From assembly GCA_036149055.1 (NCBI GenBank), contig JAYZQJ010000268.1, positions 10,904 through 74,903 of the forward strand: 64,000 nucleotides of DNA, written 5' to 3'. The stretch comes from Myxococcota bacterium. GTDB lineage: Bacteria > Myxococcota_A > Polyangia > Polyangiales > Sandaracinaceae. Made by a program: the position numbers and the translations under genes. How positions within the stretch are numbered: the stretch's first letter is position 1; every line of letters starts with the position of its first letter. The notes below the pieces were generated by a model. It ran no database searches and was not told the DNA's origin. It saw nothing but the letters and a program-made list of their open reading frames with translations. This document shows, in pieces, positions 51,559 through 60,211 of the stretch.

Positions 51559-53424
51559 TTGGGCTGGGACGCCGAGCTCGCGATCGCCGCCGGGCGCATC
51601 GATCTCCTGATCGAGGGCGTCCGGGAGGCGCGGGGCATCGCGGCGCGCAGGTTCGCGCGCGACGCCCTCGCGCGCGGCCTGATGAACGCGGACCCCGGCG
51701 CGGTCTCGGAGGCGGATCGCGCGGCGGCCCTGAGCCTGAAGGTCGATCCCTCGACCGTCGCCGCCGCCTCGGCGCCGCGGCTGCCGCACGCGGTGGCCGT
51801 GCCCCTGGTCGCGCGCGATCGCGGGGTCGGGTTCGTCCGACAGGTGCACGTCGCCTTCGACCCGGTCGGGCTCTGGGTGGACGAGGGCTGGCTCGACCCG
51901 ACGGCCCGCCGCGCGCTCGGCGACGCCCTCGCCGCCGCCGCCCGGGTCGCCTCGCCGCCGCGCGAGCTCGAGCAGTACCGGCTGGTGGCCGCGCAGCCGG
52001 CCGCGCTCCGTCGCTCCCGGGTGGACGGCCCCTCCCTGGCGGCGGCCGCGCTCGCCTCGGCGGTCTCGCTCTGGACCGAGCGCCCGGTCCGCGACGACAC
52101 CGTGGTCACCGGCGCGGTCCGGGGCGACGCGGTGCTGCCGGTGGGCGAGATGGGGGCCAAGGTCGAGGCGGCGGCGGCGCACGGGGCCACCCCGATCCTG
52201 GTGCCCGCGGGTGACGCCGCCGAGGCGCGCCGTCGCGCGGGCGAGGGCCTCGCGGTGGTCCCGATCGACGGGGTCGAGGCGCTCCTCGCCGAGGCGCTCG
52301 CGCCGGCCGAGGCGCGCGTCCACCCGGACCGGGCGATGGACGAGGCCCGGCGGGTCTTCTCGAGCGGGTGGCGCGGCTACCGCTGGCCCACCGTGCGCGA
52401 GACCCTGTCGCGCCTCGGCGGCACCCTGCCCGAGGGCCGGCTCGACCTGCGCGTGGAGGCCCTGACCCGGCTCGCCGCCGCGCACCGCCACCTCGGCGAC
52501 CCGGCGGGCAGCCTGGATCTGTTGCGCGAGGCGGAGGCGATCGCGGGGTCCGAGGAGGGCCGCGCCGCGGTGCCCGACGCGCCGCTGACCTACCTCTTCC
52601 AGCACATGGCGATGACGCACCGGCAGCTCTGCCGCTTCGAGGAGGCGACCGAGAGCGCGGCCCGCAGCGTGGCGATCGCGCGGACGGCCCGGCTCCGCGG
52701 GGAGCTGATCAAGGCGCTCGGCTGCGCGGGCCTGGTCGCGATGTCGGAGGCGCGCACCGCGGACGCGATCGCGGCCTTCGGGGAGTCGCTCGAGGTGGCC
52801 GAGCGCCACGACCCCACCCGGAACGCCCGGACGCGCGCCTACCTGATCGAGGCCCACGCGGCCGCCGGCGACGAGGAGGGCGCGCGGACCCAGGCCGAGG
52901 CCGCGCTCGCCGCGCTGCGGGACGCGGGCGAGGACGGCGGCTCGCGCGAGAGCTGGGTGCGCACGAGCTGGGCCGGGGCGCTGCTCGCGCTCCGCCGCCC
53001 CGACGAGGCGATCGCCGCCCTCGACGTGCCCGCGGTCCGGGCCAGCCTCGAGGAGGAGCCCCTCCCCGGCCTGCTCGCCCGCCGCCACCTCGGGGTGGCC
53101 CTCGCGGAGGGGGCGCGCCCCGAGCACGGCTTCGAGATCCTCGCCGCGTCCCCGGTCGTGCACGGGCGCGCGCTCGAGCCGCATCTGTCCTTCCTCGCCC
53201 ACCTGAACGTGTTGTTCGAGGCCCGGGCGCGCCTGGCCCGAGGCGCCTGGAGCCGGGACGTCGAGGGGCGGGCCGCCCGCGCGCTCACCCACGTCCCGCG
53301 GCACGGGCGGGTGGAGGCGTTCCTCGGCGCGGCGCTCGGAGAGGTCCGCGCACAGCTCGAGGCCGGGGCCCCCGATCTCGACCGGCTCGACGCGCTGCTC
53401 ACTCGCTGCGCGCGCCTCGGTTGA
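51559..53424 (+). CDS. Lon (S16) protease domain fused to TPR array, no AAA+ domain
   Basis: VDGPS (Ser codon 52033), PVRDDTVVTGAV, VLPVGEMGAK (Lys codon 52159), ILVP; helical TPR-like C-terminal two-thirds; start uncertain. Confidence 0.8.
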   Translation: MGWDAELAIAAGRIDLLIEGVREARGIAARRFARDALARGLMNADPGAVSEADRAAALSLKVDPSTVAAASAPRLPHAVAVPLVARDRGVGFVRQVHVAFDPVGLWVDEGWLDPTARRALGDALAAAARVASPPRELEQYRLVAAQPAALRRSRVDGPSLAAAALASAVSLWTERPVRDDTVVTGAVRGDAVLPVGEMGAKVEAAAAHGATPILVPAGDAAEARRRAGEGLAVVPIDGVEALLAEALAPAEARVHPDRAMDEARRVFSSGWRGYRWPTVRETLSRLGGTLPEGRLDLRVEALTRLAAAHRHLGDPAGSLDLLREAEAIAGSEEGRAAVPDAPLTYLFQHMAMTHRQLCRFEEATESAARSVAIARTARLRGELIKALGCAGLVAMSEARTADAIAAFGESLEVAERHDPTRNARTRAYLIEAHAAAGDEEGARTQAEAALAALRDAGEDGGSRESWVRTSWAGALLALRRPDEAIAALDVPAVRASLEEEPLPGLLARRHLGVALAEGARPEHGFEILAASPVVHGRALEPHLSFLAHLNVLFEARARLARGAWSRDVEGRAARALTHVPRHGRVEAFLGAALGEVRAQLEAGAPDLDRLDALLTRCARLG

Positions 53425-53458
53425 CTCCACCGCCTCCCGCGAAGAGGATGCCCCGCGC

Positions 53459-54220
53459 GTGGCCCTGCCCCCTGCCGAGCCCCTGTTCGCGCACCTCAGC
53501 GCGCTGAAGGAGGCCGAGGATCCGACGGATCCCCGGCACGCGGCGCGCTGGCGCGCGGTCTCCGAGTGGCTGGAGGCGGCGTTCCCGGGCGAGCGCGACG
53601 GGCTGGCCGACGCCCGCCAGGAGGCGCTCTTCAGCCTGGTGCGCCACGTGCCCCACATGCGGGCCGAGGCCCCGCTGCAGTGCGCCAAGTGGGTCGCGAC
53701 CATCGTGCGGCGCAAGCGGGTCGACGCCCTGCGCGCCCGCAAGAACGATCCGCTGCTCGAGGGCATGAAGCACGAGCCGAGGACCCCGGGGCCGCCGCTC
53801 GTCGACCGGCTGGAGTCCGAGGACGCGCGGGTCCTGCCGCCGGGCGCGCTCGAGCAGCTGGTCGAGACCGCGCTCGAGCACGTGCATCGGGCGCTCGAGG
53901 ACGAGATCAAGAGCGCGAGCCGGCGCAACCTGCGGCGGACCCAGGCGCAGGCGACCCTGCTGCGCGTGGTGTGCGGCTGGGACGCGGACGAGATCGCCGA
54001 GGTCCTCGAGGCGGGCGAGCCCATCGGCAAGGACCGCCTCTACAAGTGGGTCGAGCGGGGCCGGGCGCCGGCGCTCCTCGGCCTGGAGCGCTGGGCCGCC
54101 GCCGACGAGGAGGCGCGCGACGTGATCGCGGTGATCCGCGAGCTGGTCGAGGAGCGCCGCGCGGACGCCGGGAAGCCGCGCCCGGATCGGCGACGCGATC
54201 GCCCCGAGGAGCCCTCGTGA
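53459..54220 (+). CDS. Divergent ECF-type sigma70 factor
   Basis: Region 2-like ADARQEALFSL...KWVATIVRRKRVDALR; region 4-like LLRVVCGWDADEIAEVL...LYKWVERGR. Confidence 0.75.
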   Translation: MALPPAEPLFAHLSALKEAEDPTDPRHAARWRAVSEWLEAAFPGERDGLADARQEALFSLVRHVPHMRAEAPLQCAKWVATIVRRKRVDALRARKNDPLLEGMKHEPRTPGPPLVDRLESEDARVLPPGALEQLVETALEHVHRALEDEIKSASRRNLRRTQAQATLLRVVCGWDADEIAEVLEAGEPIGKDRLYKWVERGRAPALLGLERWAAADEEARDVIAVIRELVEERRADAGKPRPDRRRDRPEEPS

Positions 54221-54450
54221 GGCACGAGATCACAGGTTTTTCGAAGGTTCGACGTCTCTTTTTCGCCGAAAGCGTCAGTAGGGTCGGATCCCCCCCGTCT
54301 CGGTGCGTGTGGCGGCCGGGCCCCGCGGCGATCGGTCGAGATCCGCGGGTCGGGATCCTCTCCCCCCCTCCGCCACCGATGGAGCCGAGCACGACCGACG
54401 CGAACAGCGCCCCCTCGGCGGGGCGGAGGGACGACGGGAGCAGACGATGA
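54217..54450 (+). CDS. Possible 77-aa ORF coupled at both ends
   Basis: GTGA overlap with the sigma stop and ATGA overlap with the next start; atypical codon use. Confidence 0.45.
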   Translation: MRHEITGFSKVRRLFFAESVSRVGSPPSRCVWRPGPAAIGRDPRVGILSPPPPPMEPSTTDANSAPSAGRRDDGSRR

Positions 54451-55271
54451 CCGATGCGTTGATTCGAGGGTGGCGGGAGCGGGCCGAGCGCGCGGCGGGC
54501 TGGTCGTCCGGGGCGGACCCGGAGCCGGTGCTCGAGGCGCTGGCGATGACGGTGGCCCTGGAGCTCACCGGGGCGCTCACCGCGGTCCCGAGCGCGGAGC
54601 GGGACGCGCTGCGCAAGCTCGGGCAGCGGGCCCTCCTCAACGTGGGCGGCCGCGATCTCGACGAGGACGAGCTCGAGGCGCTGCGCCTCGCCGCGTCGAT
54701 CGCGCGGGACGGGCTGCGCGCGCTCTCGGGGCGGCCCCTGCCCGACGAGCGCGAGCTCGGGGGCGAGGCGCGGGCGACCCTCCCGGTCGGCGACCTGCGC
54801 CGCCTGCTCGACGGCGCGCTCGACGGCTTCGCCGCGGGAGCGCTCGCGATGCGGGCCCGGCGATCGCCGGCGGCGGTGCGCGAGCTGCGGGCGATGCTCG
54901 GCCTCCACGCGCCCTCCTACGCCGAGACCGGGGCGCGCACGCTGTCGCTCGCGGCGGCGGAGGCGGCGCGGGTGCTCGACCCGGCCGAGGGTCACCCGAT
55001 CGGCGCGCTCGACGCCGTCGGCGCCGAGGCGATCCTGTTCGAGGGCCCGGTCGACCCCGCGCACGAGCGGCGGATCGCCGTCTACGCCGAAGATCCGTCG
55101 CCGCTCCGGCTGGTGGCCGAGGGGCTCACCACCGAGGACGTGCGCGAGGGATACTGGATCGGCCGCGTCGCCGACGGCCTCGAGCGGCTCGAAGCGGTGC
55201 TGCACGTCGGAGAGGCCACGCACGCGTGGCCGCTCGATCTGAGCTTGGCGTCTCCGAGGGCGCCCGAGTAG
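54447..55271 (+). CDS. Putative soluble anti-sigma factor
   Basis: LRRLLDGALDGFAAGALAMRARRSPAAVREL resembles a zinc-less anti-sigma domain; LSLAAA linker; beta-rich C-terminus. Confidence 0.55.
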   Translation: MTDALIRGWRERAERAAGWSSGADPEPVLEALAMTVALELTGALTAVPSAERDALRKLGQRALLNVGGRDLDEDELEALRLAASIARDGLRALSGRPLPDERELGGEARATLPVGDLRRLLDGALDGFAAGALAMRARRSPAAVRELRAMLGLHAPSYAETGARTLSLAAAEAARVLDPAEGHPIGALDAVGAEAILFEGPVDPAHERRIAVYAEDPSPLRLVAEGLTTEDVREGYWIGRVADGLERLEAVLHVGEATHAWPLDLSLASPRAPE

Positions 55272-55290
55272 TCTTCCGAGAGGGGTCCCA

Positions 55291-55722
55291 ATGTCATCGC
55301 GTCTCGAACAATTGTGCCTCGACAAGGGGCTCCGTATGACCGAGCAGCGCCGGGTGATCGCCCGGGTGCTCTCCGACTCGACCGACCACCCGGACGTGGA
55401 GACGGTGTACCAGCGCGCGTCGGAGATAGACTCGGGGATCGGGCTCGCGACCGTCTACCGCACGCTGCGGCTCTTCGAGGAGGCGAACATCCTCGAGCGG
55501 CACGACTTCGGCGACGGGCGGGCGCGCTACGAGGAGGCCCCCGAGGAGCACCACGATCACCTGATCGACGTGCAGAGCGGCGACGTGGTCGAGTTCACCA
55601 ACGAGGCCATCGAGAAGCTGCAGAAGAAGGTCGCCGAGGAGCTCGGCTACCGCCTGGTCGATCATCGCCTCGAGCTCTACGGCGTGAAGATCGACTCGAA
55701 GAAGAGCAAGAAGAAGAAGTAG
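55291..55722 (+). CDS. fur: Fur-family transcriptional regulator
   Basis: MTEQR, DHPD, ATVYRTL, HHDHLID. Confidence 0.93.
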   Translation: MSSRLEQLCLDKGLRMTEQRRVIARVLSDSTDHPDVETVYQRASEIDSGIGLATVYRTLRLFEEANILERHDFGDGRARYEEAPEEHHDHLIDVQSGDVVEFTNEAIEKLQKKVAEELGYRLVDHRLELYGVKIDSKKSKKKK

Positions 55723-55729
55723 GCCGGCC

Positions 55730-56863
<1,134 letters not shown>

Positions 56864-56869
56864 GCCGGG

Positions 56870-57774
56870 TCAGAAGAAGGCGAAGGTCCGGACCTCGAGG
56901 CTCCGCCGGGGCGGGGCGTCCGGCGGCGCGAGCGGGTTCTCGAACGAGGCGTGCGGGGTCACCCCGACGCGGGCCGGGTCGCTGTCGTACACCACGAACA
57001 CGATGGCCTCGTCGCGCCGGAGCTCGGGGAACCAGCGCCAGCGCTGCGCCGGGTGGTGAGCGAGCTGGTAGATCGAGCCGACGCGATCGGCGTGGCGCCG
57101 CTCGCAGAAGACGAGATCCTCGCGGCGGACTGAAGATGCGGCAAGTATTGCCGCAGCTTCCACGCGCGTGAGCGCGTGAGATGGGGTGGGAGCCCGAGCC
57201 GGCTTCGCCGGTCGGGCGGGAGGGGGCGCATGCCCCCTCCGGAAACCGAGCCGGCCTCGCAGAGCGTCAGCGGGTCGCGCGCGATCGGCTCGTGGGTGGG
57301 GCGCCAGACCTGCACGATCGCGAAGCGGCGCGGGAGGAGCGCCTCGGCTTCGTCCGGGAGCGCGTGCCGGAGCCGATCCGGGCCCGACGTGTCGGTGTAG
57401 TCGTTGTGCGCGATGCGCACCGGCTCGCGCAGCTGCGCCGCCTCCCGCTCCGCGTCGTCGCCGCTCCGGCGGGTCCGGTCGAAGAGCTCGACCCGCGCGG
57501 CCCCGGTGACGCGCTTCACCAGCGCCTTCACCTCGGGCGCGTAGACCGCGTCGAGCTCGGCCTCGTCGGCGAAGTCGCGCACCGCGGTCGGGCAGGCGAC
57601 CCGCGCGAAGCCCTCTCGCGCCAGCGTCGCGCCCTCGCAGGGCCGGATCTCCACCTCGTGCGCCTCGAGCTCGCCTTCGTAGCTGCGCAGCCGTCCCCCG
57701 GGGCCGTGGGTCGCGACCACCCGGATCCCTTCGCCCGGGACCGCGAACTGGAGCGTGGCCCGGACGACGCTCAC
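56870..57774 (-). pseudogene. CmcJ/NvfI/AsaB-family oxidoreductase disrupted by a 116-nt insertion
   Basis: 5' frame: FDRTRR, AHNDYT, VQVWRP, DPLTLC; 3' frame: RWRWFP, YDS, TPHASF, RRSLEVR; removing 57131-57246 gives one 789-nt ORF. Confidence 0.85.
57131..57246 (-). mobile_element. 116-nt four-hairpin non-autonomous insertion
   Basis: Interrupts CEAGSV|RREDL; flanked by duplicated AC/GT; four consecutive hairpins. Confidence 0.8.
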
Positions 57775-58712
57775 CGCTCGTCCCCGGCGAGGATGCGGCG
57801 GTAACTGTCGTAGCGCGCCGGGTCGATCTCGCCGCGCTCCAGCGCCTCGCGCACCGCGCAGCCGGGCTCGTGCACGTGGGCGCAGTCGGGGAAGCGGCAG
57901 GCGCCGAGGAACGGGCGCATCTCCGGGAAACACGCGGGCAGCTCGCGCGCCGGCAGCTCGAAGGAGGCGAGCTCGCGGATGCCGGGCGTGTCGGCGACCC
58001 AGCCGCCGCCCTCGAGCGGGTGCAGCTCGGCCACCCGGGTCGTGTGCCGGCCCTTGTCGAGGGTGTCGCTGATCGCGCCGATGGCCTTTCCGAGCCCGGG
58101 CTCGAGCGCGTTCAGCAGGCTGCTCTTGCCGACGCCCGAGGGCCCGACGAAGGCGCTGACCCCGCCGCGCAGGCGCTCGCGGAGCGGCTCGATCCCCTCG
58201 CCGGTCAGCGCGCTCGTGTAGGTCACCGGGTAGCCGAGGGCGGCGTACGGGGCGAACACCTCCTCGGCGCGGTCGCGCTCCACCTGATCGATCTTGTTCG
58301 CGACGATGACCGCGTCGAGCCCGTCGAGCTCGGCGACCACCAGGAACCGGTCGAGCAGCCGGGGGTTCGGCGGCGGGCTGGCGCACGCGAAGACGAGCGC
58401 GAGCCAGTCGAGGTTCGCCACCATCACGTGCTCTTTGTAGCGCCCCCGGCCGCCGGGCTGACGGCGCGCGAAGCGGTTGTCCCGCTCCTCCACCGCCTCG
58501 ATCACGCCCTCCCCCTCCGCGTCCGGCAGGAGCGTGACCTGGACGCGGTCGCCGATGACGACGAGGTCGGTGCGCGCCTTCTTCTCTTTCTTGAGGCGAC
58601 CGCGGAGCGAGCAGTGGATCACCCCCTGCTCGGTGAGCACCCAGTGCTGCCCGCTCTGACTCCTGAGCACTCGACCGGAGAGCCACGTCATGCGCGCGGT
58701 CGGAGATGCCAC
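57771..58712 (-). CDS. rsgA: Ribosome small subunit-dependent GTPase A
   Basis: NKID, GPSGVGKSS, GRHTT, DTPG, CRFPDCAHVHEPGC; start may be ATG 58691. Confidence 0.96.
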   Translation of the reverse strand: MASPTARMTWLSGRVLRSQSGQHWVLTEQGVIHCSLRGRLKKEKKARTDLVVIGDRVQVTLLPDAEGEGVIEAVEERDNRFARRQPGGRGRYKEHVMVANLDWLALVFACASPPPNPRLLDRFLVVAELDGLDAVIVANKIDQVERDRAEEVFAPYAALGYPVTYTSALTGEGIEPLRERLRGGVSAFVGPSGVGKSSLLNALEPGLGKAIGAISDTLDKGRHTTRVAELHPLEGGGWVADTPGIRELASFELPARELPACFPEMRPFLGACRFPDCAHVHEPGCAVREALERGEIDPARYDSYRRILAGDER

Positions 58713-58797
58713 GGATTCCGCCCCGCGTCACGCGTCCCGGACGCCCCTCCTTCGGCTCGGACTTCTGCGGGGAGGGGTCCGGGTCTACCCTGAGCGC

Positions 58798-59760
58798 ATG
58801 GACCTCGATCGCATGCTGTCCATGTGTCGGCGCGATCAGTGGAGCGTCGACGACCTCGACTGGGACGTGACGCCGCGTCCGCTGCCGCGGGAGCACGAGG
58901 TCGCCGTCTGCCAGTACTTCACCGACATGAGCGGCATCGAGCTGCTCGCGGGCGAGCTCTTCGCGGTGCAGCGCGCGCAGACCGACGACCCGGTGCTGAA
59001 GGAGATCTTCACCACCTTCATCGAGGACGAGCGGCGCCACTCGGAGGTCGCCCGGCGCCTGGCCGCGCACTACGACGTGCACGGCTACCAGACGTACCGG
59101 CTCAACCCGCACCTCGAGCGCTTTCGCGCGCCCTTCGTCGAGGCGGTGCATCACCTGCCGCCCGACATCGCGAGCGCCTACATCACCACCGGCGAGCTGC
59201 TGCTCGACGTGGCGCTGCTGCGCTCGCTCGACGACTTCGTCGACGACGAGATGAGCCACCGCGCGATGCGCCTCATCAACCGCGACGAGTCGCGCCACAT
59301 CGCCGTCGACTACCACATGGTCGAGTTCTACGCGTCGGAGGGCTACGACGCGTGGCTGGAGTCCCGGCCGGACCGGCCCCTCCGGGAGCGCGCCCGCTCC
59401 CTCTTCGTGCTCGCGGTGATGCTCTGGCACGCCGGGCCGTTCTTCCGTGACGTCTTCTTCGCGCCGATGGATCTGACCGACCCCGGCGGCCGCCGCCTCT
59501 TCGAGGCCTTCAAGCGCATCCAGCTGCTCGGGGAGCGGCCGGGGGTGGGCGACCGCCCGTTCGCCAAGTTCATCCGGACCCTGCAGGCGGCGTTCAACGA
59601 TCCCATCGTGGGCGCGATCTTCGGGCCGCTGCTGCAGCGCGTGATCGGCCTCGACCCGCGGGTCATCAACCGGCTGTACACCGAGGAGGACGTGCGCCGG
59701 TACAGCGCGATGAGCTTCGACGAGATGGCCCAGGAGGCGCTCGCGGTGAAGTACCAGTAG
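58798..59760 (+). CDS. Ferritin-like di-iron protein
   Basis: QWSVDDLDW; two DExRH motifs (DERRH, DESRH). Confidence 0.85.
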   Translation: MDLDRMLSMCRRDQWSVDDLDWDVTPRPLPREHEVAVCQYFTDMSGIELLAGELFAVQRAQTDDPVLKEIFTTFIEDERRHSEVARRLAAHYDVHGYQTYRLNPHLERFRAPFVEAVHHLPPDIASAYITTGELLLDVALLRSLDDFVDDEMSHRAMRLINRDESRHIAVDYHMVEFYASEGYDAWLESRPDRPLRERARSLFVLAVMLWHAGPFFRDVFFAPMDLTDPGGRRLFEAFKRIQLLGERPGVGDRPFAKFIRTLQAAFNDPIVGAIFGPLLQRVIGLDPRVINRLYTEEDVRRYSAMSFDEMAQEALAVKYQ

Positions 59761-59786
59761 GCGCGCGGAGCTGCTATCCCGTCGGC

Positions 59787-60197
59787 ATGGGCTTCGACTA
59801 CGCGTTCTTCGCGCTGCTGTTCGCCGTCGCCACCACCCTCGCGCCCGCCGACGCGCGCGAGGTGACCCTGGTCAACTCGGCCCACCCCGACCAGAGCCTC
59901 GTCTGGGTCCGCGGAGACGACGCCCGCTGGGCGCTGACCGTGAACGGGCGCGAGGTCGGCCACTTCCGCCGCGACGGATCCACCGTCGTGCACGAGACGG
60001 GGCAGGGCGAGCCCGACCGCTTCCCGATCGCGTCCCTGCTCGACCCCGCAGCGCTCCGCCCGGACGCGCGGCGCGTCCCGGCTCGAGGCGACTTCGCGCC
60101 GGCCGTGATCTCGATCGAGCGCGAGGTGGGGGTGACGCGCCTGAGCGACGCGAGCCGCGCGCTGCTCTACGTGCCGCTCCTGCTCCAGTCGCGCTGA
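59787..60197 (+). CDS. Hypothetical secreted protein
   Basis: Signal peptide ending ADA; GC3 bias. Confidence 0.65.
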   Translation: MGFDYAFFALLFAVATTLAPADAREVTLVNSAHPDQSLVWVRGDDARWALTVNGREVGHFRRDGSTVVHETGQGEPDRFPIASLLDPAALRPDARRVPARGDFAPAVISIEREVGVTRLSDASRALLYVPLLLQSR

Positions 60198-60211
60198 TCC
60201 GGCGACGCCGA

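Noticed and set aside
57130..57246. GT...AG boundaries suggesting a spliceosomal-type intron
   Set aside because: Removing the 117-nt GT-AG segment does not restore the frame (116 nt is needed), and the host is bacterial
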